Source of the DNA: Macrostomum lignano
Lineage: Eukaryota
Direction: 5' to 3'
Length of the DNA stretch: 64,000 nucleotides
NCBI GenBank assembly: GCA_002269645.1
Contig: NIVC01001172.1
Span: 66,507 to 130,506, forward strand
Position numbers and translations under genes: made by a program. Of this stretch, positions 25,834 through 39,200 are shown one piece after another (positions within the stretch are counted from its first letter, which is position 1; the number at the start of each line of letters is the position of its first letter). The notes under the pieces were generated by a model. It had not been told where the DNA came from, did no database searches, and saw nothing but the letters and a program-made list of their open reading frames with translations.

Positions 25834-26369
25834 GGGGGGAGGGAAAAGTGTAGCTGGCAGCATTGCAGTTCTCTTTATGCATATTGATGAAGCAGCCGCT
25901 CCTTGCTGGGCCAGTCAAGGCCCATCGATTGTCGGCCACTTTATTGTTTTGAGTCGGAGAACTAATTTCCAATTCGCTTAGCAGCTCTCGATGAGCTGTG
26001 CTAGAAAATTAATTACTAAAGCATCTTTACTCAGTTTCACAGGAACAAATATCAGAGGAACTGGCTTTGATTAATGAAAGTTGAGAGCAAGGCTTGAAGA
26101 CAATTAAGTTCAAGACGAAAAAGTCCATTGCTACTTTTGTTAAAATGAACTTTCTTTTCAAAATCATCACACGAGTGTTTACCCTCTAGCTATAAATTTC
26201 ATCGAAAATAAGGAAGAAAATCTTCAAACGCTACTTGAAGTAGAACATTTCTACGAGTACTTAACTTATAGCAGTTGGTTTGGTGCAGTTTTTTATTAGA
26301 AAGTTGAATGCAATTTTCATCCAGAAACACAACTTATCTTGTACCATTTAAAAATATTGAAAGTTATGC

Positions 26370-27302
26370 ATGTTAGACAGATATTGTACCTGTTAGACAG
26401 ATAGTGTACCTGTACCTGATTGACAGATAGTGTACCTGTACCTGTTAGACAGATAGTGTACCTGTACCTGTTAGACAGATAGTGTACCTGTACCTGTTAG
26501 ACAGATAGTGTACCTGTACCTGATTGACAGATAGTGTACCTGTACCTGTTAGACAGATAGTGTACCTGTACCTGTTAGACAGATAGTGTACCTGTACCTG
26601 TTAGACAGATAGTGTACCTGTTAGATATTGTACCTGTTAGACAGACAGTGTACCTGTCCTTGTTAAACAGATAGTGTACCTGTTAGACAGATAGTGTACC
26701 TGTTAGACAGATATTGTACCTGTTAGACAGATATTGTACCTGTTAGACAGATTGTGTACCTGTACCTGATTGACAGATAGTGTACCTGTACCTGTTAGAC
26801 AGATAGTGTACCTGTTAGACAGATAGTGTACCTGTACCTGTTAGACAGATGGTGTACCTGTTAGATATTGTACCTGTTAGACAGACAGTGTACCTGTACC
26901 TGTTAAACAGATGGTGTACCTGTTAGACAGATAGTGTACCTGTTAGACAGATAGTGTACCTGTTAGACAGATAGTGTACCTGTTAGACAGATAGTGTACC
27001 TGTTAGACAGATAGTGTACCTGTTAGACAGATAGTGTACCTGTTAGACAGATAGTGTACCTGTTAGACAGATAGTGTACCTGTTAGACAGATAGTGTACC
27101 TGTTAGACAGATAGTGTACCTGTTAGACAAGTCGTGTACCCGTCAGACAGATAGTGTACCTGTTAGACAGACAGTGTAGCTGTCAGACAAATCGTGTACC
27201 CGTCAGACAGATAGTGTAGCTGTCAGACAAATCGTGTACCCGTCAGGCAGATAGTGTAGCTGTCAGACAAATCGTGTACCCGTCAGGCAGATAGTGTACC
27301 CA
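26370..27302. repeat. 20/26-bp minisatellite (GTACCTGTTAGACAGATAGT)
   Basis: Tandem array seen directly. Confidence 0.96.
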
Positions 27303-27987
27303 AGTCTAACAAAGCCAGTTGGCAATTCCAGTTGGTAGAAGTTGCAAATAATGAGCAAATTGAGTAGCCTCCATCTCAGAGCAGTACAATTGTTATTGGG
27401 TCTGAAATGACTCACTAACTGTGCTCAGCCAAAGCACTGCGGGCTTAACCGCTCTGTTGAGAATAAAAAAACCACAAGACAAGCAGAAAGAAGCACCGAA
27501 AGAAGGAAAGAGAAGAGATTCTTCTTTGCCATGGCGTCAGACTAATCTCGGGGTATTTTGCACTGTATCTGACACCGCCCCCCCCCCCAACGGCCGCCCC
27601 TCCTCCCTGTAGCTGATAGTGAAGTTTGTCGCTCGAGACTGCCCCCTGAGGGCTCCGCCAGGGACACCATGGTTTAGCAATCTGGATTGGAAAACACCGC
27701 ACACGATAAGGCCTGTTAACCGTTTATTGTATGCCTCTGATGCTTGGGAGAACTTCTGACTCTCCCGCTACATCCCTGGTTCGATTCCACATTCATTTTG
27801 GGGCTTGTGTGCCTGACGATTAGAAAGTCAGAGCCAGACTGTACACCCTGGGTGAGCGTGTGCATGAGTCAGTATTGACGCGCTTGCATGTGCTCAGGAG
27901 TCAGCGGAATGGGCAGAGTTGCCGTCAGCGCTGCCTCATTATTATTAGTATTAAATTTATAATTATTATTGTCATTATGATTTTTTC

Positions 27988-28049
<62 letters not shown>
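27988..28049. repeat. (ATT)n microsatellite, about 20 copies
   Basis: Seen directly. Confidence 0.98.
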
Positions 28050-28661
28050 GAGCTTGTGAAAGTGACAGTAAAACAAGCCACCAGTCGGCTGCCAGTCCAG
28101 ATACTCTGTCCAGGACTCTCTGGTTCAGCTTGGTGTGTCTCATGCTTTTTCTGGATTCGACCCGCCTCTCCAACCCCCCCCTTCTCTGCATAAACGGAGG
28201 TGAGGCAGCCTAATTGCCGGTGTACAATTGAGGGGCTGGCCGGCAGTCTGGAGGCGCATGAATCTTGAAGGGGCCGCAGGGAGCCGCCTACTTACTCGGG
28301 GCATAAATTAGAACACGCGTGGCAACTGCGGGCTTGGCACACAGTTGGAAAAGAGATACTGTGTTAGAGACAGGCGCAGGCGGCACAGTTAAAAAAGAAG
28401 TCAGTCTGTCAGCTATAGTTGTCAGTGGCTTTGAGCAGCAGCAGAAGTTGAAGCCATCAGCATCGTGGTAGAGCAAGTCAAAGTCTGCGCGGTCAAGTTG
28501 ATTGACAGAAGCTGTCAAATCCTCCCGCTGACACAGCCTCCCATTGTCCCTGGCTGACTCATCCCATCTCATCTCAAACCTACCGTTGTGTGGAGACACC
28601 AACAGGCCACCGGCTGCTACAGTTTGCTTCTGAAAGCAGAAATTTAGCGTTATTTTCTCTA

Positions 28662-28818
28662 ATGTCAAAGAGCTTCAGGCGGCTGGGCCTGGGTCGCAGG
28701 TCGGACTCCAGACTGCAGTCCAAGTGGAAAGAGCAGCTGCACTGCGCTGGCACCGAGCCAGCCACTGAGTTTGAGCCGCAGATGCCTCACGGCCGCTATG
28801 GAGCTGACAGGGGACACG
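28662..28818 (+). CDS. Candidate alternative first coding exon of the RasGAP gene (MSKSFRRLGLGRRSDSRLQSKWKE...ADRGH)
   Basis: ATG ORF with exon-like GC content ending at CACG|GTGAGA in phase 1, which joins in frame to the exon at 32235. Confidence 0.45.
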
Positions 28819-28904
28819 GTGAGAGATTTGGGACTGGCGAGCAATGCGTCCGTGAGTCACGGGTTGCAAATTCCCGAGTAATAAGAGAATAAGAAAGGAA
28901 ATGA

Positions 28905-29535
28905 GAGGAGAGAATGGAGGGAGAGAATGGAGGGAGAGAATGGAGGGAGAGAAGAGAGAATGAAGAGAGAGAATGAAGGGAGAGAATGGAGGGAGAGAAT
29001 GGAGGGAGAGAAGAGAGAATGAAGAGAGAGAATGAAGGGAGAGAACGAAGGGAGAGAATAAAGGGAGAGAATGAAGGGAAAGGAAGGAGGGAAAGAATGA
29101 AGGGAGAGAATAAAGGTAGAGAATGGAGGGAGAATGAAGGGAGAGAATGAGAGGAACGGATGAAGTGGGAGAATGAAGGGAGAGAATGAAGTGAGAGAAT
29201 GAAGGGAGAGAATGAAGGGAGAGAATGGGAGGAACGGATGAAGTGAGAGAATGAAGGGAGAGAATGAAGTGAGAGAATGAAGGGAGAGAATGAAGGGAGA
29301 GAATAAAGGTAGGAAATGGAAGGAGAATGAAGGAGAGAATGAAGGGAGAGAATGAGAGGAACGAATGAAGGAGAGAATGAAGGGAGAGAATGAAGGGAGA
29401 GAATAAAGGTAGAAAATGGAAGGAGAATGAAGGGAGAGAATAAAGGTAGAAAATGGAGGGAGAATGAAGGGAGAGAATGAAGGGAGAGAATGAGAGGAAG
29501 GAATGAAGGAGAGAATGAAGGGAGAGAGTGAAGGG
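28905..29535. repeat. 13-bp purine minisatellite (GAATGAAGGGAGA)
   Basis: Tandem array seen directly. Confidence 0.95.
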
Positions 29536-30469
29536 AGAACAAAGTGGGATTTGCAGGGGTGATAAACAAAATAATGGCTAAAGATTAGTGACCCCGCTCT
29601 TATCACACGAGCTTAATGAGTAAGATGAACCATTCACGGGCTAGAGCTTTAGCAAGAGTCGAGTGCCTAATGGAGGGGATCATTAATAAGTAAATAAATC
29701 GGAGGCAAAAGTTACCAAACGGTAGCAGCTATAAATCATTGGCAGAACCAACCTGCACCAGCCATTCTTTCGCGCTCCGGTCGACATCCACCGCTAATTA
29801 TCATCTGGGAGATTGGTTGCGACCAACTTTTCTGCACTTTTCTGTGCAAATTTTAGCTGATAAACTGGTCCCCCTTTCTTGCCAATACTTGACCGATTCT
29901 GGGGTGTAAACCTGTCAGCACCGGCCCCTCTGCCCTCCTATTGCACTCTCCCTGTGCAACCAACTGATCGGGGCTGTAAATCATTCCACCCTCAAGTGTA
30001 ATTTGGTCCGACTTTATTGCCGAAATAAACTTTTCCACGCGTGCTAACTACACTACTGATGGTCAGTAGAAATAAAAGAAAAACCATTCTCTTTTATACA
30101 TATATTATCCACAAACAATGATTCACTCATTGTTAACAAATTCAAATTGAAAAAATATGAAAATTCGCTATGCTGCCTGTTTGACAGCTGAAAAATCAAT
30201 AAATCAACCAACTAACTTGAGCATGACGCATCCTATCCTTACTCCAGCTATAACTTAGCCATACTTAGTGAGACCAGCTGGTTCGCTTTGGACTGAGTGG
30301 GACGCAGAGTTTTACTGGGAGCTCCCGCATGCTGGGCATATTTGATATTTGACTGCTGCAGACACTGGCTGTCTGCGAATTTGTACACTAACTATTCAAC
30401 CCATTTTTTCTCTTTGTCTTTGCTCATTGTAGTGACTGCCGGCCTCTCACCTTTCCTCTCCCTTTATCC

Positions 30470-30843
30470 TCCTGACTCTCACCCTATTTTCAATTTTATT
30501 CTCCTGAATTTTACCCTTATTCTCCTGACTCTCACCCCTATTTTCCTGACTCTCACCCCTATTCTCCTGACTCTCACCATATTCTCACCCTTATATTCTC
30601 CTGAATCTCACCCTATTCTCAACCTATTCTCCTGACTCTCACCCTATTCTCAACCTTATTATCCTGACTCTCACCCTTATTATCCTGACTCTCACCCTTA
30701 TTCTCCTGACTCTCACCCTTATTCTCCTGACTCTCACCCTTATTCTCCTGACTCTCACCCTTATTCTCCTGACTCTCACCCTTATTCTCCTGACTCTCAC
30801 CCTTATTCTCCTGACTCTCACCCTTATTCTCCTGACTCTCACC
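30470..30843. repeat. 21-bp minisatellite (TCTCACCCTTATTCTCCTGAC)
   Basis: Tandem array seen directly. Confidence 0.95.
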
Positions 30844-31249
30844 GCAGTCTCTGTGTGACTCCCTTGCACCATCGCTGTCTCCTATCCATTTCATCCCCAT
30901 TTATCTATTCTCCCTCCAATCTGTCTCTCCCTTGTGGCCGCATCCATTCACCTGTCTCACCCTAATCAGGGCTTCACCCCCGGGAGTGCTCCAGCACTCG
31001 TTCTCCACACACCGCCCCCCCCCCAGTCGCAGGCACAATTTATGACAATGAAAACCTGCTCAATGCCGCCTCATCATAGAGATTGAGTGAGCAAATGGCG
31101 ACAGTCTGGGCGGGCGCAACCCCGTCAGCCAGCCGCCTCCCAGCCAGGTAATTAATAATTCAGCAGCATTGGTCTGCTGTGAGGCTGACCGCGCGCCAAT
31201 TTATGAAATGCAGCTGAAAATGATAATCAAAGAAGAATCAGAAATGGAT

Positions 31250-31564
31250 GAGATGGTGTCTCACTCAAGTTAGATGGTGTCTTACTCAAATTAGATGTTA
31301 GTCTTACTCAAATTAGATGTCGTCTTACTCAAATTAGATGTCGTCTTACTCAAATTAGATGGTGTCTTACTCAAATTAGATGGTGTCTTACTCAAATTAG
31401 ATGGTGTCTTACTCAAATTAGATGGTGTCTTACTCAAATTGGATGGTGTCTTACTCAAATTAGATGTCGTCTTACTCAAATTAGATGTCGTCTTACTCAA
31501 ATTAGATGGTGTCTCACTCAAATTAGATGGTGTCTTACTCAAATTAGACGGTATCTTTACTCAA
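31250..31564. repeat. 21-bp minisatellite (TTAGATGGTGTCTTACTCAAA)
   Basis: Tandem array seen directly. Confidence 0.96.
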
Positions 31565-32105
31565 GTCCCTATCAATAACTGAGACCAATTAATTTCGTTT
31601 CTTTCAGTATACGATAGCATAATAGCTTTTCTATTTTTCAATTCCAAGAAACCTTTTCAATCCCAGTCCATCTACTTGTTAGTAGTCCTTGAACTAGCCC
31701 CGTAATTATCCTCTTAATCAGTCTGTCTGGCAGAGTGGAGGCCTGTACCGTGTGCGCAGATCTGCATTGACGCGGGATGCGGATCTCTCGCCGTGACTCC
31801 CCACAGCCTCCCCCCCCCTGAGGAAGGGGGATAACCAGGCAATAGATGGAAATGAAAATCCCAGCAACTGCTAGCCAAATTCCCGTTCAGGTGGCGCAAG
31901 TCAAATTTGGCCCTGAAAAGCCAACGCCAGTACCTGGGAGTGCAGTGCGTGTGTGTGTGTGGGGGGGGGGTAGAGAGGAAGGCAGTGCAGGGTTGGGCAA
32001 ATTCTATGCATATATAAGCCATTCCATGCATCCTCAATAGGCCAGTGCTTCCCTCCAAGCACTCTCCTAGAAAAAATTGCAAATAATACGGCTGCAATCA
32101 TAGAG

Positions 32106-32163
32106 ATGTTACGTCACAACCAAGAATCTAAATTAAAACTTTCCTATACATTTTTATTTCCAG
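32106..32163 (+). CDS. Candidate short alternative first exon (MLRHNQESKLKLSYTFLFP), or a recursive splice site at 32163
   Basis: ATG ORF ending at CCAG|GTGAGA in phase 1, 71 nt before the acceptor at 32234. The same bases also read as a polypyrimidine tract plus AG. Confidence 0.3.
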
Positions 32164-32234
32164 GTGAGAATAATGCGTATTAGCAAACTGCGAGAAATAT
32201 TTGAAAACAATTAATGCCTTTGTTATCTTCGCAG

Positions 32235-33190
32235 ACTCTTCCGCTGATTCAACTGGAGTGTCTGGCGCCCACTTCGACCCGAGCTGGAGACGGAACCAGC
32301 AGCAGATGCCGGCTGGAGCATCCGGGATGTCTGCTAGCAGCGGTGCAGGAGGCGCCAACAGCGACAAGCCCGCGACAGGCAGCAAAATCAAGGTGCGTTA
32401 TTTGCTGCAAGTCTGCTTTTGCTTGCTGCTGTTTCTGCTCACAAGCTTGTCAAGTCCACAGATACTAAAATAACTAGATGGGCCACTCAGGCAGCATATA
32501 TACTTAGTCAAACAGCTTTCTACTTTCAGTTCAGTAGCAAAGAAGAATACAGAAGCTATTTTATAGAAATAAAGGCAGCTGAAATTGACTTTGATAAGTT
32601 TAGAAGCCCAAGCTTGCAGGCGCGTAAACAGCTTGCTAATTGGTTCAGCAGCAATGTACATTAGCCAGTCCACTGAAATGTACATGGCAGCTTTAGGCTG
32701 GAATTCTGAGAAAGGCAATAAAAATTGGGGCGGGTGGGGGGCGGGGTTGATTGGATGGTTTAAACTGGGGAGAGCCAATTAATGAGCCTTGGCTTTAAAA
32801 GTACATTAATATGCTTCTGTTTAACCTACTACTGAGCTGAAAGTAGCTTACACGCCAATGTGCTGAGTGGCCCATCCAGTCATCCAGTGGTCAAGTCCCA
32901 GAAAATCTCAGTCAATCTCGTACGTCTACACGGGTTTACGATTAGAAAGCAGCCACGCTACAACATAATAAATAATTAAGGTTATTTAGATAGTACGAAC
33001 CTGGGATTAGTTGCTTCAATTTTCGAGTGAACATCGAAGACCTGTCAGAACTAATAGTTTTACAGAGTTAAATTTATTGATTAAAAAAATAATCATGCAT
33101 GGCTAAAATAAACATTTCGCAGAGCATTTTTCGCGGAATTGGCATCAAACGAGCCAAAAGTTCATCAAAGTTAGACAATAAGAAGAAGAC

Positions 33191-33251
<61 letters not shown>

Positions 33252-36200
33252 TACGAACAACAGATGAAACTCCAGCAACTGTTGATGCAACAACAGCAGC
33301 AGCAACAGCTGGCAATGACTCAGAGTGCCCTCCTTGGCACAGACAGTCGCAGTCACCTGTACAACCTGCAGCAGCAGCAGCAGCAGTGAGTTCAATGAAA
33401 GTGTTACAAAGTAAAGAAGTGTAGATTTCTTTTTTATGATAAATATACGAGGTACTTGCACGAATGCTTAGTGCTGTTTGCATGAAAAAGTTTTCTACTT
33501 AAAGTAGTGCGAGTGAAAATAGGAATAGAATAGAATAGAATAGAATAGAATAGAATAGAATAGAATAGAATAGAATAGAATAGAATAGAATAGAATAGAA
33601 TAGAATAGAATAGAATAGAATAGAATAGAATAGAATAGAATAGAATAGAATAGAATAGAATAGAATAGAATAGAATAGAATAGAATAGAATATAATAGAA
33701 TAGAATAGAATAGAATAGAATAGAATAGAATAGAATAGAATAGAATAGAATAGAATAGAATAGAATAGAATAGAATAGAATAGAATAGAATAGAATATAA
33801 TAGAATAGAATAGAATAGAATAGAATAAAATAGAATAGAATAGAATAGAACAGAGTACAATAGAATGGATAGGGTCGGATGCAACCGCATGCTTCCAGTG
33901 CAGTGTCTGCCGCACCCCAGTCCTGCATGCCTGAATCTCCCAAATCGATCAACCCAGCTACTACGGTCAGCAGCAGCAGCAGCAGCTCCATCACCCAGCC
34001 AGCCAGTTTCCCCGCTCGGCCAGCTCCGGCCCCGTTCTGCCGCAGCCGCCGCCTCCTCCAGCAACCAGTGCGGCTGGTGGCTGCCTCGAATGCTCCATCG
34101 AGTCCGCGCAGCAGCAGCAGCAGCAGCAGCCGATGCTGCGAAATCGGCACCGCCTTGCTGGTGGCGTCTCTCCGGCCTCCTCCGACCGGGTGGCCAGCAG
34201 CTGCCTGCCGATCGGCGCTGGTTACGGTGGTAGCGGCGGCGGCGGAAGCTTCCGCATGGAGGCCTCAGCATCTGGAGGGTCCGGCATCGAGGCCCACAGT
34301 TACCGGCCCAGCCACCTGGCCGTGCCGGGCGAACCGCTGGAGTTGTGAGTCAGCTCTGATCTCATCTCAGCTCTGATCTTATCTCAGCACTGATCTCATC
34401 TCAGCTCTGATCTCATCTCAGCTCTGATCTCATCTCAGCTCTGATCTCATCTCAGCTCTGATCTCATCTCAGCTCTGATCTCATCTCAGCTCTGATCTCA
34501 TCTCAGCTCTGATCTCATCTCAGCTCTGATCTCATCTCAGCTCTGATCTCATCTCAGCTCTGATCTCATCTCAGCTCTGATCTCATCTCAGCTCTGATCT
34601 CATCTCAGCTCTGATCTCATCTCAGCTCTGATCTCATCTCAGCTCTGATCTCATCTCAGCTCTGATCTCATCTCAGCTCTGATCTCATCTCAGCTCTGAT
34701 CTCATCTCAGCTCTGATCTCATCTCAGCTCTGATCTCATCTCAGCTCTGATCTCATCTCAGCTCTGATCTCATCTCAGCTCTGATCTCATCTCAGCTCTG
34801 ATCTCATCTCAGCTCTGATCTCATCTCAGCTCTGATCTCATCTCAGCACTGATCTCATCTCAGCTCTGATCTCATCTCAGCTCTGATCTCATCTCAGCTC
34901 TGATCTCATCTCAGCTCTGATCTCATCTCAGCTCTGATCTCATCTCAGCTCTGATCTCATCTCAGCTCTGATCTCATCTCAGCTCTGATCTCATCTCAGC
35001 TCTGATCTCATCTCAGCTCTGATCTCATCTCAGCTCTGATCTCATCTCAGCTCTGATCTCATCTCAGCCCGACTCCCATCTCATAATTATTCTTATCTCT
35101 TTTCTCGCCTCTGTCAATAGATTATATTTATATTTATATTTATATTTAGATTATACTCTATTTTCTACTTTATTTGTTGACAAAAACCCAGCATTTCTAC
35201 TCATAGTAGACTACTACTAAAATAGAGTTTAAGTGCGACTAGAAACCATTAATTGGTGTTTGCAAACTGCACTCTTTTCTCCGCGTGCGCGCATGCCCCC
35301 CCCCCCAATCGTTTTGAATGAGCTGCAAGCATGAGAAGGGCATGAAGCTGAGCTAGTAATTTATTATTTCCTCGGACCATGGCGGCGCCTCATCCACCCA
35401 CGCTTTTCTGACTGAGAGAAAAAACTTGCAATAAAAGCCAAAAAAATTAGAATTCGAGCGAGGCTATCTGACTCAGCTCTCATGTGGGAATGAATTTTGT
35501 GCAGTTCTCAGATCTTCTACCATTCTGCCGAGCGCAATGGTGAATGAAAATATGGCTGTGAATTCTCGAAAAAAATTTCTTGTTTCTGCTTTCAATACGA
35601 GAGCTCTGGGTCCCACTGGAGATCTGAATCTCACTGTAAGAGATCTGAATCTCACTGTAAGAGATCTGAATCTCACTGTAGGAGATCTGAATCTCACTGT
35701 AAGAGATCTGAATCTCACTGTAAGAGATCTGAATCTCACTGTAGGAGATCTGAAGGAGATCTGAATCTCACTGTAGGAGATCTGAAGGAGATCTGAATCT
35801 CACTGTAGGAGATCTGAAGGAGATCTGAATCTCACTGTAGGAGATCTGAATCTCACTGTAGGAGATCTGAATCTCACTGTAGGAGATCTGAAGGAGATCT
35901 GAATCTCACTGTAGGAGATCTAAATCTCACTGTAGGAGATCTGTAGGAGATCTGAATCTCACTGTAGGAGATCTGTAGGAGATCTGAATCTCACTGTACG
36001 AGAACTGAATCTCACTGTAGGAGATCTGAAGGAGATCTGAATCTCACTGTACGAGATCTGAATCTCACTGTAGGAGATCTGAATCTCACTGTAAGAGATC
36101 TGAATCTCACTGTAAGAGATCTGAATCTCACTGTAAGAGATCTGAATCTCACTGTAGGAGATCTAAATCTCACTGTAGGAGATCTGAATCTCATCCCAGA

Positions 36201-39200
36201 GCATAATTCCTCTCAAACCACCCTCAGTGGGATGCTGCGCTCAGCCCAGTCTCACGAGTCCCTCATCGGTCCATCGCCGCACCATCAGCAGCAACAGCAG
36301 CAGCTTCAGCCTCACCCGTCCAGTTTCAGCGATCGGTAAGTTAAACAAAGCTAACATGTGAAAGAACGAAAAGAATCGAACCCAGGACCACTTGCATATG
36401 CAGTTTGAATGTTCAGGCAATGAGAAACATCTGTTTTTATGCTAAGAACGTGAAAAGCCTTTATTAACCTGTGAGGTTGAAGTCAGAGACACCTGCCAAG
36501 TGCCAACTGGTTAAAGCAGTCCCAGACTTGCATCGGACCTATTGTGTTTACTTTAAGCTAAGCAGGGCTTAAAACTCGGAAAAGGGCCAAACAGCAAAAC
36601 GGGTTTGGAAAGCTTTGCACTTTCCCTGTCGATCCAAACTCTATCTGTGCCCGGGGCACGTGCAATTTGCATTCTTGAATTGTTTGAATTAGAAGCAGCT
36701 AGGGAGAGTGGTGGGGCCAGAGCGGGAGGAGAGGTGCAATTCAGCCAGTCGAATGAAAGTTGAGAGAGTGGGAACTAAGGCAGGGAATATTCTAGGGAGT
36801 GTGGGATCAGGATCTTGTCCCGGCGAGGTCAGCGCCAGGCTGTTGGGATTAGGGAATCAGCCAGCCCTTAGTCTGCCAATAATTCGCCCCCTCTGCAGTG
36901 TTTTTAGAAGTACGCAGCACCAGATTGAGGTTAGTGGGAGAGAACCAGTATAGAAGGGAGTGAGGGAAAGGGGTTTAGCGCACAGGCCTTCAACTTGTGC
37001 CTCTCCACCCTTCTCCCTCCTCTCTCCTCTCCTCTCTTTCTCTCCAAGGCAGACAGCAGAGCGCAATAGCCCTGAAACTGCAGCCATAGGTGCTTTGGTG
37101 GCTGGGGGGGGGGGGGGGGGGGGGGTGCAGTATCTTGTCTGCCTGCCCGACAGCCATGGTTGGCTGGCCTGTCTATAATTATACGCTCGTACTAATATTA
37201 GTAATAAAGCTGTTCGCTGTCCCGCGGGCGAGAGCCGAGCCCTGACCGCACAAGAAGAGCTGTTGCAAAAATTGCCAACAGCCCCACAGTTGAGGGGAGC
37301 TTTAAATCCGATAGACCAGTTGGGTCAGCCCGCATAAGGGAGAGAGAGTGAGACGGCGGCATTAAACGCAAAAATGCTCAGCTGACTCGCGCTGGACTGC
37401 AATGGCGTCAACAAATGGATCTGGCGGCGGGCACAGAATCTGGACAGGGTCGCTGATGTACGGCAATCCACTGAGTTCTCTTCATTTGTAGCGTTATTAT
37501 GATTTTAATGATTTTTTATCTCCTTAGGAGTTCCAGTGCTGGTTTACGTATGCTAAAAATCTCTTCAAGCAACTGCAGGAACTATAAAGGGTAACTTTCG
37601 TATCCAACCTTCGCTGCAGCCTGAAGAAGGTGAACAGGCCCGACCTGGAGAACACGCGCCATCGAGACAACTCGCTGAAGCTGTGGATCTTCGAGGCTAA
37701 AAGACTGCCGCCAAAGAAGAGGTTAGCGAGCTGAAGCCCTATTTTATCTAACTTTCTAGGTTAATATCAAACGCTCTGAAAAAATCTGATTGTACTGTGT
37801 ACTATTGAATCACTTCAGGTACTTCTGCGAAATTTGCCTGGATCATATCCTGTACGCCAGGACTACTACAAAGGAGAAGACTGCGGATTCTGACCCGTTC
37901 TGGGGCGAACCTTTCGAGTTCAGGTGAGATTTTGATAAAAGCTGGGATTTGAGATGATGCAAATGGACAGGAAAGAATGGGAATGAGAAGTATAGAGATG
38001 GGAAGAATGGGAATGGGAAGAATGGGAATGGGAAGAATGGAAAGGAAAGAATGGGAATGAGAAGTATAGAGATGAGAAGAATGGGAATGGGAATGGGAAG
38101 AATGGAAAGGAAAGAATGGGAATGAGAAGTATAGAGATGAGAAGAATGGGAATGGGAAGAATGGGAATGGGAAAATGGGAATGGGAAGAATGGGAATGAG
38201 AAGTAAAGAGATGAGAAGAATGGGAATGGGAAGAATGGGAATGGGAAGAATGGAAAGGAAAGAATGGGAATGAGAAGTATAGAGATGAGAAGAATGGGAA
38301 TGGGAAGAATGGGAATGGGAAGAATGGGAATGGGAAGAATGGGAATGGAAAGAATGGGAATGGGAAGAATGGGAATGGGAAGAATGGAGATGGAAGGAAT
38401 GGGGATGGGAGGAATGGGAATGGAACGAATATTATCAATTAGAATTCAGAGACCATTGTAGCTGACAAACTCCCCGATCCCAAACGCAGCAACCTGCAAG
38501 ACATCGCCCTAGTAACCGTGAAGCTATTCCGCGAGGCGGACAAAAAGAAAAAGAAGGACAAGAATCAGCTGATTGGTGAGGTTCGCCTGCCAGTGCACGA
38601 CATTGGCTCGGCCATTGAGCAATGGCACTCGCTGGCGGCGCCTCAGCAGCCTCAGCAGCAGCCGCAGCCGCAGCCACAGCCACAGCCGCAGCTACCCCAG
38701 CAGCCGTGCATCAGACTCCGCTCGCACTACATCAGCATAGATGTGCTACCATTGCAGTGCTACAGAGGCCTGCACCGGTGCCTCATGCAGCAGGCTGAGC
38801 CTCTGGTGGCCGCCCTGGAGCCGCGGCTCAACCTTCGCGACAAAGAGGAGCTGGCGGCACGCCTGATCTCCGTGGCTCACGCTGACGGTGGCGCCCAGGA
38901 GCTGCTGACTGGCCTGGTGATGCAGGAGCTGTCTGCCTCCGCCAACGACTTGCTGGTGTTCCGTGGCAACAGCATAGCAACCAAGGCGGTGGAGTTTTTC
39001 CTTCGGCTGGTTGGCAGCGACTATCTTCGCCGGGTGCTAACCGAGCCGCTCAGCATCCTGCTGAGAGATGACCCGCAGTGCGAGGTGGACCCCCAGCGGG
39101 TGCGTCATTTATCACTACGTCAATCTAGCATTCTTATTCAAACTTTTACTAATCAGCTTGTAAATTAATCTCGGGGTTGTAAATAGAGAAGCAGAGCGAA

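Noticed and set aside
28288-28668. 126-aa minus-strand ORF with protein-like composition
   Set aside because: No recognisable domain, non-ATG start, and it overlaps a candidate plus-strand exon region.
33879-34376. 165-aa ORF as the RasGAP exon frame
   Set aside because: The alternative frame from the acceptor at 33957 gives polyQ and GS-rich sequence and the correct phase at both junctions.
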